The notes under the pieces: model-generated
Databases searched by the model: none
What the model was told of the DNA's origin: nothing
What the model saw: only the letters and a program-made list of their open reading frames with translations
Shown here: one piece after another, positions 8,892 through 17,032 of the stretch
Numbering within the stretch: position 1 is the first letter of the stretch
Layout of the letters: every line of letters begins with the position of its first letter
Program-made: the position numbers and the translations under genes
NCBI GenBank assembly: GCA_965372385.1
Contig: CBDVCD010000001.1
Span: 1 to 42,519, forward strand
Length of the DNA: 42,519 nucleotides
Direction of reading: 5' to 3'
Source: an uncultured Gammaproteobacteria bacterium
GTDB lineage: Bacteria > Pseudomonadota > Gammaproteobacteria > Chromatiales > Chromatiaceae

Positions 8892-10232
8892 GTGCGTCCC
8901 CAAGGCAGCCTTGAGGTCCTCTCACAGCTGGAGGTCAACGCCCTGCTGGATACCAGCGCCAAAGGGCTGTATGGCCTGTTCCGGCGCTGCGCCCTGGCGG
9001 TGCTCAACTGCGGCAGCGAGACAGACGACGCACGTGAGATCTTCAACACCTATAGAGATTTCGACATCAACCTGATGCAGCGTAACCAGGGCATCAAACT
9101 ACGGCTCGAGAATGCGCCGGAGAGTGCATTCGTAGAAGGCCGGATGATCAAGGGCATTCAGGAACACCTGTTTGCCGTGCTGCGGGACATCATCTATGTG
9201 CACAACGAGATCCACAACGATCCGAGCTTCGATCTGGAGATCTCCAGCCACATCACCTCCGCCGTGTTTCATATCCTGCGCAATGCGCGGGTGCTGCATA
9301 CCGGTGCCCAGCCCAATCTGGTGGTCTGCTGGGGTGGTCACTCCATCGACCGGGAGGAGTATGACTACTCGAAGGAGGTGGGTTACGAGATGGGGCTGCG
9401 GGGTCTGGATATCTGCACCGGCTGCGGCCCTGGGGCGATGAAGGGGCCGATGAAGGGGGCGACCATCGGCCACGCCAAGCAGCGCATCAATAACGGCTGC
9501 TATCTGGGCATCACCGAGCCAGGCATCATTGCCTCCGAGCCCCCCAATCCCATCGTCAACGAACTGGTGATCATGCCGGATATCGAGAAGCGCCTGGAGG
9601 CCTTCGTGCGCACCGGCCATGGCTTTGTGATCTTTCCTGGCGGCGCGGGCACCACCGAAGAGCTGCTCTACCTGCTGGGCATACTGATGCATCCGGACAA
9701 CCGGGAGCATCCCTTTCCCCTGATCTTCACCGGCCCGGCCAAGTGCGCCGATTATTTCCACGAGATCGACCGCTTCATCGGCATCACCCTGGGAGCAGAG
9801 GCGCAGCAGCACTACCAGATCATCATCGATGATCCCGTTGCGGTGGCCAGGGCCATGCGTGAGGCGATGGAGAGCGTCAGGGCATACCGCACCGAAGGTA
9901 ACGATGCCTTCTACTATAATTGGAGGCTGAAGATCGACCATGAGTTGCAGCAGCCCTTCATCCCCACTCACAAGGCAATGCGCGGGCTCAGCCTGAACCG
10001 GCAGCTGAAATCCAATGTGCTGGCGGCGAATCTGCGCCGCGCCTTTTCCGGTATCGTGGCCGGCAACGTCAAGGAGGAGGGCATTCGCGCGGTGGAACAG
10101 CATGGTCCCTTTCAGATCCACGCAGAACCGGAGATCGTCTCGGCGATGGATCATCTGCTGTTGGCCTTCGTGGAGCAGAACCGGATGAAGCTGCAGGGCC
10201 ACTATTCACCCTGTTATCAACTGGTTACATAA
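8892..10232 (+). CDS. ppnN: nucleotide 5'-monophosphate nucleosidase PpnN (LOG-family, YgdH-like)
   Basis: Collinear with my recollection of E. coli PpnN. Shared stretches: LSQLEV, FRRCALAVLN, VVCWGGHSI, CTGCGPGAMKGPMKGA, IMPDIEKRLEAFV, FPGGAGTTEELLYLLGILM, LRRAFSGIVAGNVKE. GTG start. Confidence 0.9.
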   Translation: MRPQGSLEVLSQLEVNALLDTSAKGLYGLFRRCALAVLNCGSETDDAREIFNTYRDFDINLMQRNQGIKLRLENAPESAFVEGRMIKGIQEHLFAVLRDIIYVHNEIHNDPSFDLEISSHITSAVFHILRNARVLHTGAQPNLVVCWGGHSIDREEYDYSKEVGYEMGLRGLDICTGCGPGAMKGPMKGATIGHAKQRINNGCYLGITEPGIIASEPPNPIVNELVIMPDIEKRLEAFVRTGHGFVIFPGGAGTTEELLYLLGILMHPDNREHPFPLIFTGPAKCADYFHEIDRFIGITLGAEAQQHYQIIIDDPVAVARAMREAMESVRAYRTEGNDAFYYNWRLKIDHELQQPFIPTHKAMRGLSLNRQLKSNVLAANLRRAFSGIVAGNVKEEGIRAVEQHGPFQIHAEPEIVSAMDHLLLAFVEQNRMKLQGHYSPCYQLVT

Positions 10233-10314
10233 CTCTAGCTGACCTATTGCGAGTTAATTACCTTGCTTGCGCAAAAACCATGTTTTGTCGAGCTGTATTT
10301 TTCACCCTCTATTC

Positions 10315-10343
10315 TTGACTAAAGTACTAGGTTTTTCTATAAG
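10315..10343 (+). promoter_or_regulatory. sigma70-like promoter (TTGACT, 17-nt spacer, TATAAG)
   Basis: The -35 is at 10315-10320 and the -10 at 10338-10343, about 180 nt upstream of the 10527 gene. Confidence 0.4.
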
Positions 10344-10526
10344 ATTAGTAAACCTCCAACAAGGAGGGAGAACCCATGAACACTCGCACTATCACTGATC
10401 CCACAGGAGGTAACTGATCCACAGCTACTCCATTGAATCCAATCAACCGTTACTTGCGTAATATTTAACACAAGGCGATCTTCAAACCCTTGTCATGACC
10501 AACCAGAAAACGTAGAGGAAATCAAA

Positions 10527-10898
10527 ATGAAAAAGTTAATTACACCTGTTGCAGCACTTCTTTTTGTCGGATCCGTCAGCGCCGCTACCGATGCTGAGAT
10601 CTATCATGGCTTCGCGAAGGGTAATCCGGACCTCTCAAGCGGATCTTCATACAGTGAAAGCAGAACGGCCGTGCAACCCGGTATCGGTAGCGGTACAGGT
10701 CTATCATCTGTCTATGGCGTTTCGAATAATGGAATCTATCATGGTTTCGAAAGGGGTAACCCTGATCTGTGGTCCGGAGTATCCCGGACTGCGTCCGCGT
10801 CAATCCCGGGTATAGGCAGTCGTTCCGGCAGCTCCAGCCGTCATGTCAGCGACAACGATATCTATCATGGTTTCGAAAAGGGTAACCCAGACCTTTGA
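10527..10898 (+). CDS. secreted repeat protein with three IYHGF-x-[KR]GNPDL units
   Basis: Signal peptide MKKLITPVAALLFVGSVSA. Repeats start at nt 10599, 10734 and 10860 (spacing 135 and 126 nt). PGIGS-x-x-G also recurs. Confidence 0.7.
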   Translation: MKKLITPVAALLFVGSVSAATDAEIYHGFAKGNPDLSSGSSYSESRTAVQPGIGSGTGLSSVYGVSNNGIYHGFERGNPDLWSGVSRTASASIPGIGSRSGSSSRHVSDNDIYHGFEKGNPDL

Positions 10899-11244
10899 TA
10901 CTCGCTAACAGAGGGAGACCCTTTACAATGGATGTTTCATTTGCTGCTATTCCTGGTCGGATTTTGCGGGTGGAAAGCAGCCTGCTCGACAAGTGGCCGG
11001 AGTGCATCCTTTAGGATGCACTCCCTGCCAGGAGTGGCAACCAGACCGATATCCCAACCATCACAAATGGGTGATACTGGCTTTCAGCCCATTCATTCAA
11101 ATCGAATATTGTCATTTTTCTACTCTCTACCCTCCCAATACTGACAGATGCATGAGCAGCGGTTTTTATTCCAGCCTATTTTCATTTTTTCATGTAGAAG
11201 CTCTATTTCACCTCCTTTGGAATAAACCAAGTCCTTCTTGCATT

Positions 11245-11272
11245 TAGTACTCCGTCAAGGTTGTATTGATGG
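11245..11272. repeat. second copy of the tagtactccgtcaaggttgtattgatgg motif
   Basis: 27/28 identical to 3290-3317. It is followed by a different GC-rich hairpin (gttgcgtaaccacaagggttaccac). Confidence 0.6.
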
Positions 11273-11344
11273 AGTACGAGTGTTGCGTAACCACAAGGGT
11301 TACCACAATCAGCAGTTAAATCATTCTTAGAGAGGAGATGAATT

Positions 11345-11809
11345 ATGGAGGCGTTCAAGAAATCGGCTATTTTTCCAGCCGTCCTGTTCCTTTGTACTTT
11401 CCTGATACTGGGCTCCCAGGCTGTACGGGCCGAGAAAGAGGAGGCCAAGCCATTTGCCGAAAAGCATGTGGTCCTGCAGATCAGTGACACCGATCCGTTC
11501 AAGCAGACCCTGGTGCTCAATGTGGCGAACAATCTGCTCAAACACTATGGCCCGGACAAGGTGGAGGTAGAGATCGTGGCGTTTGGCCCCGGCCTGCGTC
11601 TGCTGCAGGCCGAGAATACCAACGTGGGACGCATCGATGGCCTGGTGAACCAAGGTGTTCGTTTCAGCGCCTGTGAGAACACCATCCGCGGTTTCACAAA
11701 AAAACTGGGTAAAAAACCCGTGCTGAACCAACACGCGATACATGTCAGCGCGGGTGTGGTCCGCATCATGGATCTTATCGATCAGGGCTACGTCCTGATC
11801 AAGCCCTGA
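11345..11809 (+). CDS. DsrE/DsrF-like family protein (COG1416-type) with signal peptide
   Basis: Matches the family pattern: HVVLQISD..., VEVEIVAFGPGLRLL, GVRFSACENT, VSAGVVRIMDLIDQGYVLIKP. Confidence 0.7.
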   Translation: MEAFKKSAIFPAVLFLCTFLILGSQAVRAEKEEAKPFAEKHVVLQISDTDPFKQTLVLNVANNLLKHYGPDKVEVEIVAFGPGLRLLQAENTNVGRIDGLVNQGVRFSACENTIRGFTKKLGKKPVLNQHAIHVSAGVVRIMDLIDQGYVLIKP

Positions 11810-11958
11810 TCGTTCATCAGCATAAAACTTACTCAAGATGTGGGTATCGTCTGGACCACCGAGGGATCCTGGCTAAGCATTAGAGGCAGTTGATAGATAA
11901 TTAAAACCTTTCATATATAATTGAGTTATCGAAATCACCTATAAGATAGTGTGGTGTA

Positions 11959-12882
11959 ATGAATCTCCGAGATCTCAAATACATCATCGCGGTTGCCGAT
12001 ACCCAACATTTCGGCCATGCGGCGGAACGCTGTTTTGTCAGCCAGCCAACCCTGAGCGGCCAGATCAAGAAGCTTGAGCATGAGTTGGGCGTAACGCTTT
12101 TTGAGCGGACCAAACGCTCCGTTGAAGTGACACCCATCGGCGAAGCGATCATCTCCCATGCACGCCAGGTGATGGAACAGGCGGATGCCATCCAGCAGCT
12201 GGCCAGGGCCCAGCAGGATCCGCTTTACGGCCCTTTGCGCATCGGTGCCATACCCACCCTGAGCCCCTATCTGATCATGCTGATCCTGATCCCCCTGAAA
12301 ACCCAGTATCCTCAGCTGAAACTGGTGCTAACGGAGGAGATCACCGAGACCCTGCTGCGGCGTCTGCGCAATTACGAAATCGACGCGGCCCTGGTGGGTA
12401 CCGCGGTAGATGAAGCTGATCTGATCTCGAGGCCCTTGTTCGACGAGCCATTCTGGCTTGCCCATCCCCGTTCCCATCCACTCTATTACAAGGACGAGAT
12501 CACCCGGAATGACCTGAAGGATGTGGATGTCCTGCTGCTGGCTGATGGACACTGCCTGGCGGATCAGACCATGCAGATCTTCGGTCTGACAGATCGATCC
12601 GTGCAGAGTGAGATGGGTGACCTACGGGCCTCCAGTCTCGAGACCCTCTTGCAACTGGTGGGGGCAGGTTTCGGCTGCACCCTGGTGCCGGCGCTGGCGA
12701 TTCGTGGACCCTGGATGACCGACAGCGGGGTGATTGCCCGCAAGCTGGAGATACCGGAGGCCTTCCGGTGTATCTCGCTGATCTATCGCAAAACCTTTCC
12801 GCGTCCTCAGGTACTGGATGCCTTTGCGGAGATAGTCACCGGCAACCTACCGAATACCGTACATCCCTACAAGCAGAATTAG
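11959..12882 (+). CDS. oxyR: LysR-family peroxide sensor OxyR
   Basis: Collinear with E. coli OxyR: MNLRDLKYIIAVA..., FVSQPTLSGQIKKLEHELGV, LFDEPF, ADGHCL, SLETLLQLVGAG. Confidence 0.85.
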   Translation: MNLRDLKYIIAVADTQHFGHAAERCFVSQPTLSGQIKKLEHELGVTLFERTKRSVEVTPIGEAIISHARQVMEQADAIQQLARAQQDPLYGPLRIGAIPTLSPYLIMLILIPLKTQYPQLKLVLTEEITETLLRRLRNYEIDAALVGTAVDEADLISRPLFDEPFWLAHPRSHPLYYKDEITRNDLKDVDVLLLADGHCLADQTMQIFGLTDRSVQSEMGDLRASSLETLLQLVGAGFGCTLVPALAIRGPWMTDSGVIARKLEIPEAFRCISLIYRKTFPRPQVLDAFAEIVTGNLPNTVHPYKQN

Positions 12883-13110
12883 TCAGGCAGCTTTCCAGAA
12901 GCTGTTCTGAGAACCAGAACAACGCCAATAATAATTCTTTGGGGGTAGTCAACTAGCGCCTCCAGCCACGAGATATTGTGATGTGCAATTATCGATTAGC
13001 AATATAGGCACAACATGTAGGCCGAGGAGGTGCTAATTAACCACCCCTCTAATTCTTTAACCTTGGGAAGATACAATAAGGGATGTATACCTGCCATGGA
13101 GCCTGCCGTG

Positions 13111-13489
13111 AAGCTGCCCTCGAATAAGACCAAGGGGGACAAGCTCTTTCTGAATGATGGTCTGATTTCACTCAAGGTCGAACAGATTCAGGATAACGAA
13201 GTGCATTGCCAGGTACGCGCTGGAGGGGAGCTGCTGTCACGCAAGGGACTCAATCTGCCGGGTATCGATCTGGGTTTCAGTGCCTTTACCGAGGCAGTTT
13301 TCCTACGGCGTGCACCCGGTCCAGGTGCAGGAGGAGTTTCTGGACTGGGGCCCCTTCTGCTGCAAGTGGCTGCATGACCAGGGATTCGAGAGCGGTGCCG
13401 CCGTACTTACCCAGGGCCCCTCACCGGAAAATCCCTACGCGAGCCACAGCATGGCGATCGCCAATCTGGCCTGTCGAGTGTCGCCTTGA
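13111..13489 (+). pseudogene. pyruvate kinase remnant (B-domain piece joined to the C-terminal ~65 aa; catalytic core deleted)
   Basis: Frame 1 reads GDKLFLNDGLISLKVEQIQDNEVHCQVRAGGELLSRKGLNLPGIDLGFSAFTE. Frame 2 reads from ~13286: LPRQFSYGVHPVQV...GFESGAAVLTQGPSP...SMAIANL. There is no N-terminus and no A-domain. Confidence 0.55.
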
Positions 13490-13524
13490 TATGCCGTAAC
13501 CTGGAAATTCCCCATTCCAGGAAA

Positions 13525-14526
13525 TCAGTTCGCCGTGGTTATCTTCCTGGTGACGGTCAGCATGATCAGGGTGGCAAGCACGGCAGACATCAGGCACCAG
13601 ATGCAGACGGCGTGTATGACAAACAGCTCAAGGCCGGTCAGGTAGATGGAAAACATGAGACCGAAGATACTGAGGACCAACAGGCCAAGGGTTGAGCGCA
13701 GGCGCCAGCTGCCGGCCAGCAGCCGCTGCAGGAGCCATAGCCCCAAGATTCCCAGGTAAAACACCATGCCCCAGATGGCCATGGGAATACCGAACAGCTT
13801 GGAGTGGGGACTGGCATGAACCCTCATGCAGTCACCGATCGGACCGCACATGGCTTCACTGTGCGTCAGTGACACCGAAGTCAGATAGATCCCAATACCC
13901 AGGCCAAGCAGGGCGAATAGGGGCAGGCCCCAGGAGCTGACCGATGGTGCATTCGACAAGCGACTGTCGTTATACGCCAAGCGCCAGGCCCCATGCATCA
14001 GGGAGAATAACATGGCGACCATCACGCTCCAGGCGAGCCAGCTCGCTATACTGTCGTTTCCCGCCGTTGTCTCCGCCGTGTCGTCCGTCTCCTCCCCGTC
14101 AATCAGCATCTGTAGTCCGGGCACGTCCGGCCAAGCGAAACCTTTGGCAGGCACTTCACCTTCGATGAGCGACGGCAGGCCCTCGGTAATTTCACTCTTT
14201 CCCCTCAGCAACTGCTTACCCACCAGAACCGAGGGGCGATTCAAGGACTCGGTTCCGATCCCAAAATAGTCCAACACCTCTTGGAAAATTTTATCGCCGG
14301 GCGACTCGGAAATATCCACCGGATAGAGTTCCAATCTCTCCGCATGCATCGCGCTCAGCGGAACTAGAAATTCATCGATGACCTCTGGACACTCCTCACA
14401 GAAAGGGGGATAAAACAATATGGCCCTTATGCTTGCTGAATCCTGCGCCATCGCCTCAGCCAGAGGTAAGGCCATGAGCAACAGATGGAGTAAAAAGTAA
14501 ACGCTTTTTCTTTTTAGTGGCGCCAT
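13525..14526 (-). CDS. VKOR-family thiol oxidoreductase fused to an N-terminal periplasmic thioredoxin-like domain
   Basis: Signal peptide, then a Trx-like CEEC motif (FYPPFCEECPEV). VKOR hallmarks: loop cysteines CGPIGDC, SKLFGIP, and CIWC in the last TM. Confidence 0.7.
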   Translation of the reverse strand: MAPLKRKSVYFLLHLLLMALPLAEAMAQDSASIRAILFYPPFCEECPEVIDEFLVPLSAMHAERLELYPVDISESPGDKIFQEVLDYFGIGTESLNRPSVLVGKQLLRGKSEITEGLPSLIEGEVPAKGFAWPDVPGLQMLIDGEETDDTAETTAGNDSIASWLAWSVMVAMLFSLMHGAWRLAYNDSRLSNAPSVSSWGLPLFALLGLGIGIYLTSVSLTHSEAMCGPIGDCMRVHASPHSKLFGIPMAIWGMVFYLGILGLWLLQRLLAGSWRLRSTLGLLVLSIFGLMFSIYLTGLELFVIHAVCIWCLMSAVLATLIMLTVTRKITTAN

Positions 14527-14650
14527 TTCGAATACCGGATAATTTCGTAATAAAGTCTGGGTCTGATCGCATCAGCTCCCAGTAAAAACTTAACATCAAT
14601 AATGATTTCTTTCGACGGTGAAAGTTCGCTGTAGATCCGACAAGGTGGAG

Positions 14651-14690
14651 AAAAAAACAAAACCCACTTCAGGCGGGCCTGAAGTGGGTT
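14651..14690 (-). terminator. Rho-independent terminator of the rubrerythrin-DUF3501 operon
   Basis: Perfect 13-bp stem aacccacttcagg/cctgaagtgggtt with loop cggg. On the minus strand it is followed by TTTTGTTTTTTT. Confidence 0.8.
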
Positions 14691-14723
14691 TATGCGAAAG
14701 TCCTTTTCAGCCTTGCCAGGCGG

Positions 14724-15308
14724 TTATTGAAGATCCTGCAGCAGTGAGATACGCACGGAGGGATCCAGCTCGGATACTGTGTGGTTGTATACCGGATGAT
14801 CTATACCCATGGCGAGTCCTGCCCCACCCTGCAGCGCATCGACCATCTCCTGATTGAGCTCAAAACGCATGAAGTGAACCGCCGAGGTCTTGTCCTCGGT
14901 TTCCCGCTCCAGATCCTCGTTGGCGATAGGACGGACCTTGTCAAAACCCTCGACCTGCACCCAGACCGCCTTGTCGATGCCGATCATTCTGGCCAGGGCC
15001 GCCTTGCGCTCTTCCTCGTCGGCGAATTCGACCATGAAGGTGGCCTTCCAGTTCAATCCGTCCGGGATCAGCGGATTGTAAACATCCAACTCATCCTGGA
15101 TACCTTCGGGTTCGAAGATGCGTTCGATGCGCAGCATCTCCTGCACCTGGTACTGCATGGTCAGAGCATCCTCGAAATAGAGTGCCGCATTGGGTCCGAT
15201 GGGGACGCGGCGGCTCTTTTTGTGCTGCATCACCCGGGCACGGAACTCCGGGCGGATGCGGGCATATTCTTCCAGGCCATAGAGATCTGTATGTGACAAC
15301 TGGCTCAT
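14724..15308 (-). CDS. DUF3501 family protein
   Basis: 194 aa. Pattern YARIRPEFRARVMQHKKSRRVPIGPNAALYFED...MLRIERIF...TSAVHFMRFEL, as I recall for DUF3501. It usually neighbours rubrerythrin and CCG-domain proteins. Confidence 0.65.
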   Translation of the reverse strand: MSQLSHTDLYGLEEYARIRPEFRARVMQHKKSRRVPIGPNAALYFEDALTMQYQVQEMLRIERIFEPEGIQDELDVYNPLIPDGLNWKATFMVEFADEEERKAALARMIGIDKAVWVQVEGFDKVRPIANEDLERETEDKTSAVHFMRFELNQEMVDALQGGAGLAMGIDHPVYNHTVSELDPSVRISLLQDLQ

Positions 15309-15323
15309 TGGTTACTTCTCCCG

Positions 15324-15611
15324 TCACTCGTGGGCAATCGATTTGTCGGTAAACAGGTAATCCTTCAGCTCCTTGTCAAAGCTGGGGTCCTGGCGGCGGA
15401 TCCACTCCAGCAGCATGGATGCGTGTTCTTTTTCCTCGTCCCGGTTATGCGCCAGGATGGCACCCAGTTCCGGGTCGGCGCAAGCGTCCACCCGCTGGTT
15501 GTACCAGTCTACCGCCTCCAACTCTTCCATCAGCGAGACGATGGCCCGGTGCATGTCACGGGTCTCTGCACTCAGTTGTTCTACGGGTTCGTGATAGCCT
15601 TCATTTGCCAT
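15324..15611 (-). CDS. EncFtn-like (encapsulated-ferritin family) ferritin-like protein lacking a C-terminal targeting peptide
   Basis: HEPVEQLSAETRDMHRAIVSLMEELEAVDWYNQRVDACADPELGAILAHNRDEEKEHASMLLEWIRR is nearly collinear with the R. rubrum EncFtn core as I remember it. The protein ends ...LFTDKSIAHE. Confidence 0.7.
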   Translation of the reverse strand: MANEGYHEPVEQLSAETRDMHRAIVSLMEELEAVDWYNQRVDACADPELGAILAHNRDEEKEHASMLLEWIRRQDPSFDKELKDYLFTDKSIAHE

Positions 15612-15629
15612 TTTTTAACTCCTAAGTCT

Positions 15630-16973
15630 TCAGATACCGTACGCCTTGCGCAGCATGCTGATAGGGTGTTCCGGTTCACGACCGTCTTGCAGGCCGCTTT
15701 CGATATGATGGCCGGCCATGGGGCAGTCGCTGCCATAGTGGTCGGCCTGTAGCTGCTTGACCTTGTTCACCACCGGGCGGCCGATCTTCATGGCGTATTC
15801 ATGGAATTCGCTCTTCACCGCATAGGTGCCGTCATGGCCTGAGCAACGTTCAATGATCTCGACCTGGGTATCGGGTATCAGCGAGAGCATCTCCTTGGTC
15901 TTCTGGCCGATGTTCTGCACCCGCTGGTGACAGGCGGCGTGGTAGGCAACCTTGCCCAGGCCCTGTTTGAAATCGGTCTTCAGCTTGCCGTGCTTGTTGC
16001 GAATTATCAGGTATTCGAAGATATCGAAAATTGCCTCCGCGACCTTTTTTACCTGCGCATCATCAGGGAACATCAGTGGCAGTTCCTGTTTGAACATCAG
16101 GGCACAGGAAGGTACCGGGGCGACGATGTCCCAACCCTCGTCCACCAGCTTGGCGAGCACCGGGATGTTGGCGTCCTTGGCCTTCTCCACGGCCTCCAGG
16201 TTGCCCAGTTCCAGTTTCGGCATGCCGCAGCACTGCTCTTTCTCGGCGATGGTCACCGGGATCTCGTTGTGCTCGAACACCGCCACCAGGTCCTCGCCCA
16301 CATGGGGTTCGTTATGGTTGCCATAGCAGGTGGCGAACAGAGCGACCTTGCCTTGCGTTTTCCCCGCGGGATCTCCCTCGGCCTGGATGCTGCGATGATC
16401 GGCCAGGCGGCTACGCAGGGACTTGCTGTGAAACTCCGGCAGTTTGGCCTCTGGGTGGACACCCAGGCCCTGATCCAGGATCTCACGAAAATTCTTTGCC
16501 TTGTTGAGGGCATTGACCACTCCGGAAACCACCGGGATACCCGCCAGCTTACCCAGGTTGTCGGTACTGGTGAGGATGCGATCACGCAGTTTCACGTCAC
16601 CCTTCTGGTACTTGACCGCCTTGGCGCGCAGCATCAGATGGGGAAAGTCGATATTCCACTCATGGGGTGGCGTATAGGGACACTTGGTCATGAAGCAGAG
16701 GTCACACAGATAGCAGTGATCGACCACCTGCCAGTAATCCTGCTTGGCAACTCCATCGACCTCGAAGGTATCCGACTCATCCACCAGGTCGAACAGGGTG
16801 GGAAAACTCTGACACAGACTGACACAACGACGGCAGCCGTGGCACAGGTCGAAGACCCGTTCCAGCTCGGTGAACAGGCTCTCTTCGTTGTAATAATCCG
16901 GGCTTTTCCAGTCGATAGGGTGCCGTGTGGGAGCATCCAGGTTGCCTTCACGCTGGCCTGTGGGTCCTGCCAT
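15630..16973 (-). CDS. (Fe-S)-binding CCG-domain oxidoreductase (HdrD/GlpC-like)
   Basis: Two ferredoxin-type clusters (CHGCRRCVSLC, CYLCDLCFMTKC) and C-terminal Cys-rich CCG-type motifs (EQCCGMP, ERCSGHDG). I prefer ATG 16973 (GAAGAGG upstream) over the track's TTG 16994. Confidence 0.8.
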   Translation of the reverse strand: MAGPTGQREGNLDAPTRHPIDWKSPDYYNEESLFTELERVFDLCHGCRRCVSLCQSFPTLFDLVDESDTFEVDGVAKQDYWQVVDHCYLCDLCFMTKCPYTPPHEWNIDFPHLMLRAKAVKYQKGDVKLRDRILTSTDNLGKLAGIPVVSGVVNALNKAKNFREILDQGLGVHPEAKLPEFHSKSLRSRLADHRSIQAEGDPAGKTQGKVALFATCYGNHNEPHVGEDLVAVFEHNEIPVTIAEKEQCCGMPKLELGNLEAVEKAKDANIPVLAKLVDEGWDIVAPVPSCALMFKQELPLMFPDDAQVKKVAEAIFDIFEYLIIRNKHGKLKTDFKQGLGKVAYHAACHQRVQNIGQKTKEMLSLIPDTQVEIIERCSGHDGTYAVKSEFHEYAMKIGRPVVNKVKQLQADHYGSDCPMAGHHIESGLQDGREPEHPISMLRKAYGI

Positions 16974-17002
16974 GACGAATACCTCTTCAATCAAATAGGT
17001 AT

Positions 17003-17022
17003 GGGCGGCCCGTGGGCCGCCC
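17003..17022 (-). promoter_or_regulatory. GC-rich intercistronic hairpin between the rubrerythrin and Fe-S protein genes
   Basis: gggcggccc-gt-gggccgccc. This could be a partial terminator or an mRNA-stabilising element. Confidence 0.4.
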
Positions 17023-17032
17023 GGAGAAGGAT

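Noticed and set aside
9099-10202. 367-aa minus-strand ORF
   Set aside because: It is antisense to ppnN, whose translation matches a known family end to end.
12935-12955. ggggtagtcaactag as a fifth family-A copy
   Set aside because: Only short scattered matches to the TIR (ggggtag, tcaac, tag) are present, which is too degenerate to support.
15324-15611. Encapsulin nanocompartment system
   Set aside because: Only the EncFtn-like cargo homologue is present. There is no shell gene in the window and no targeting peptide, so I do not call a nanocompartment locus.
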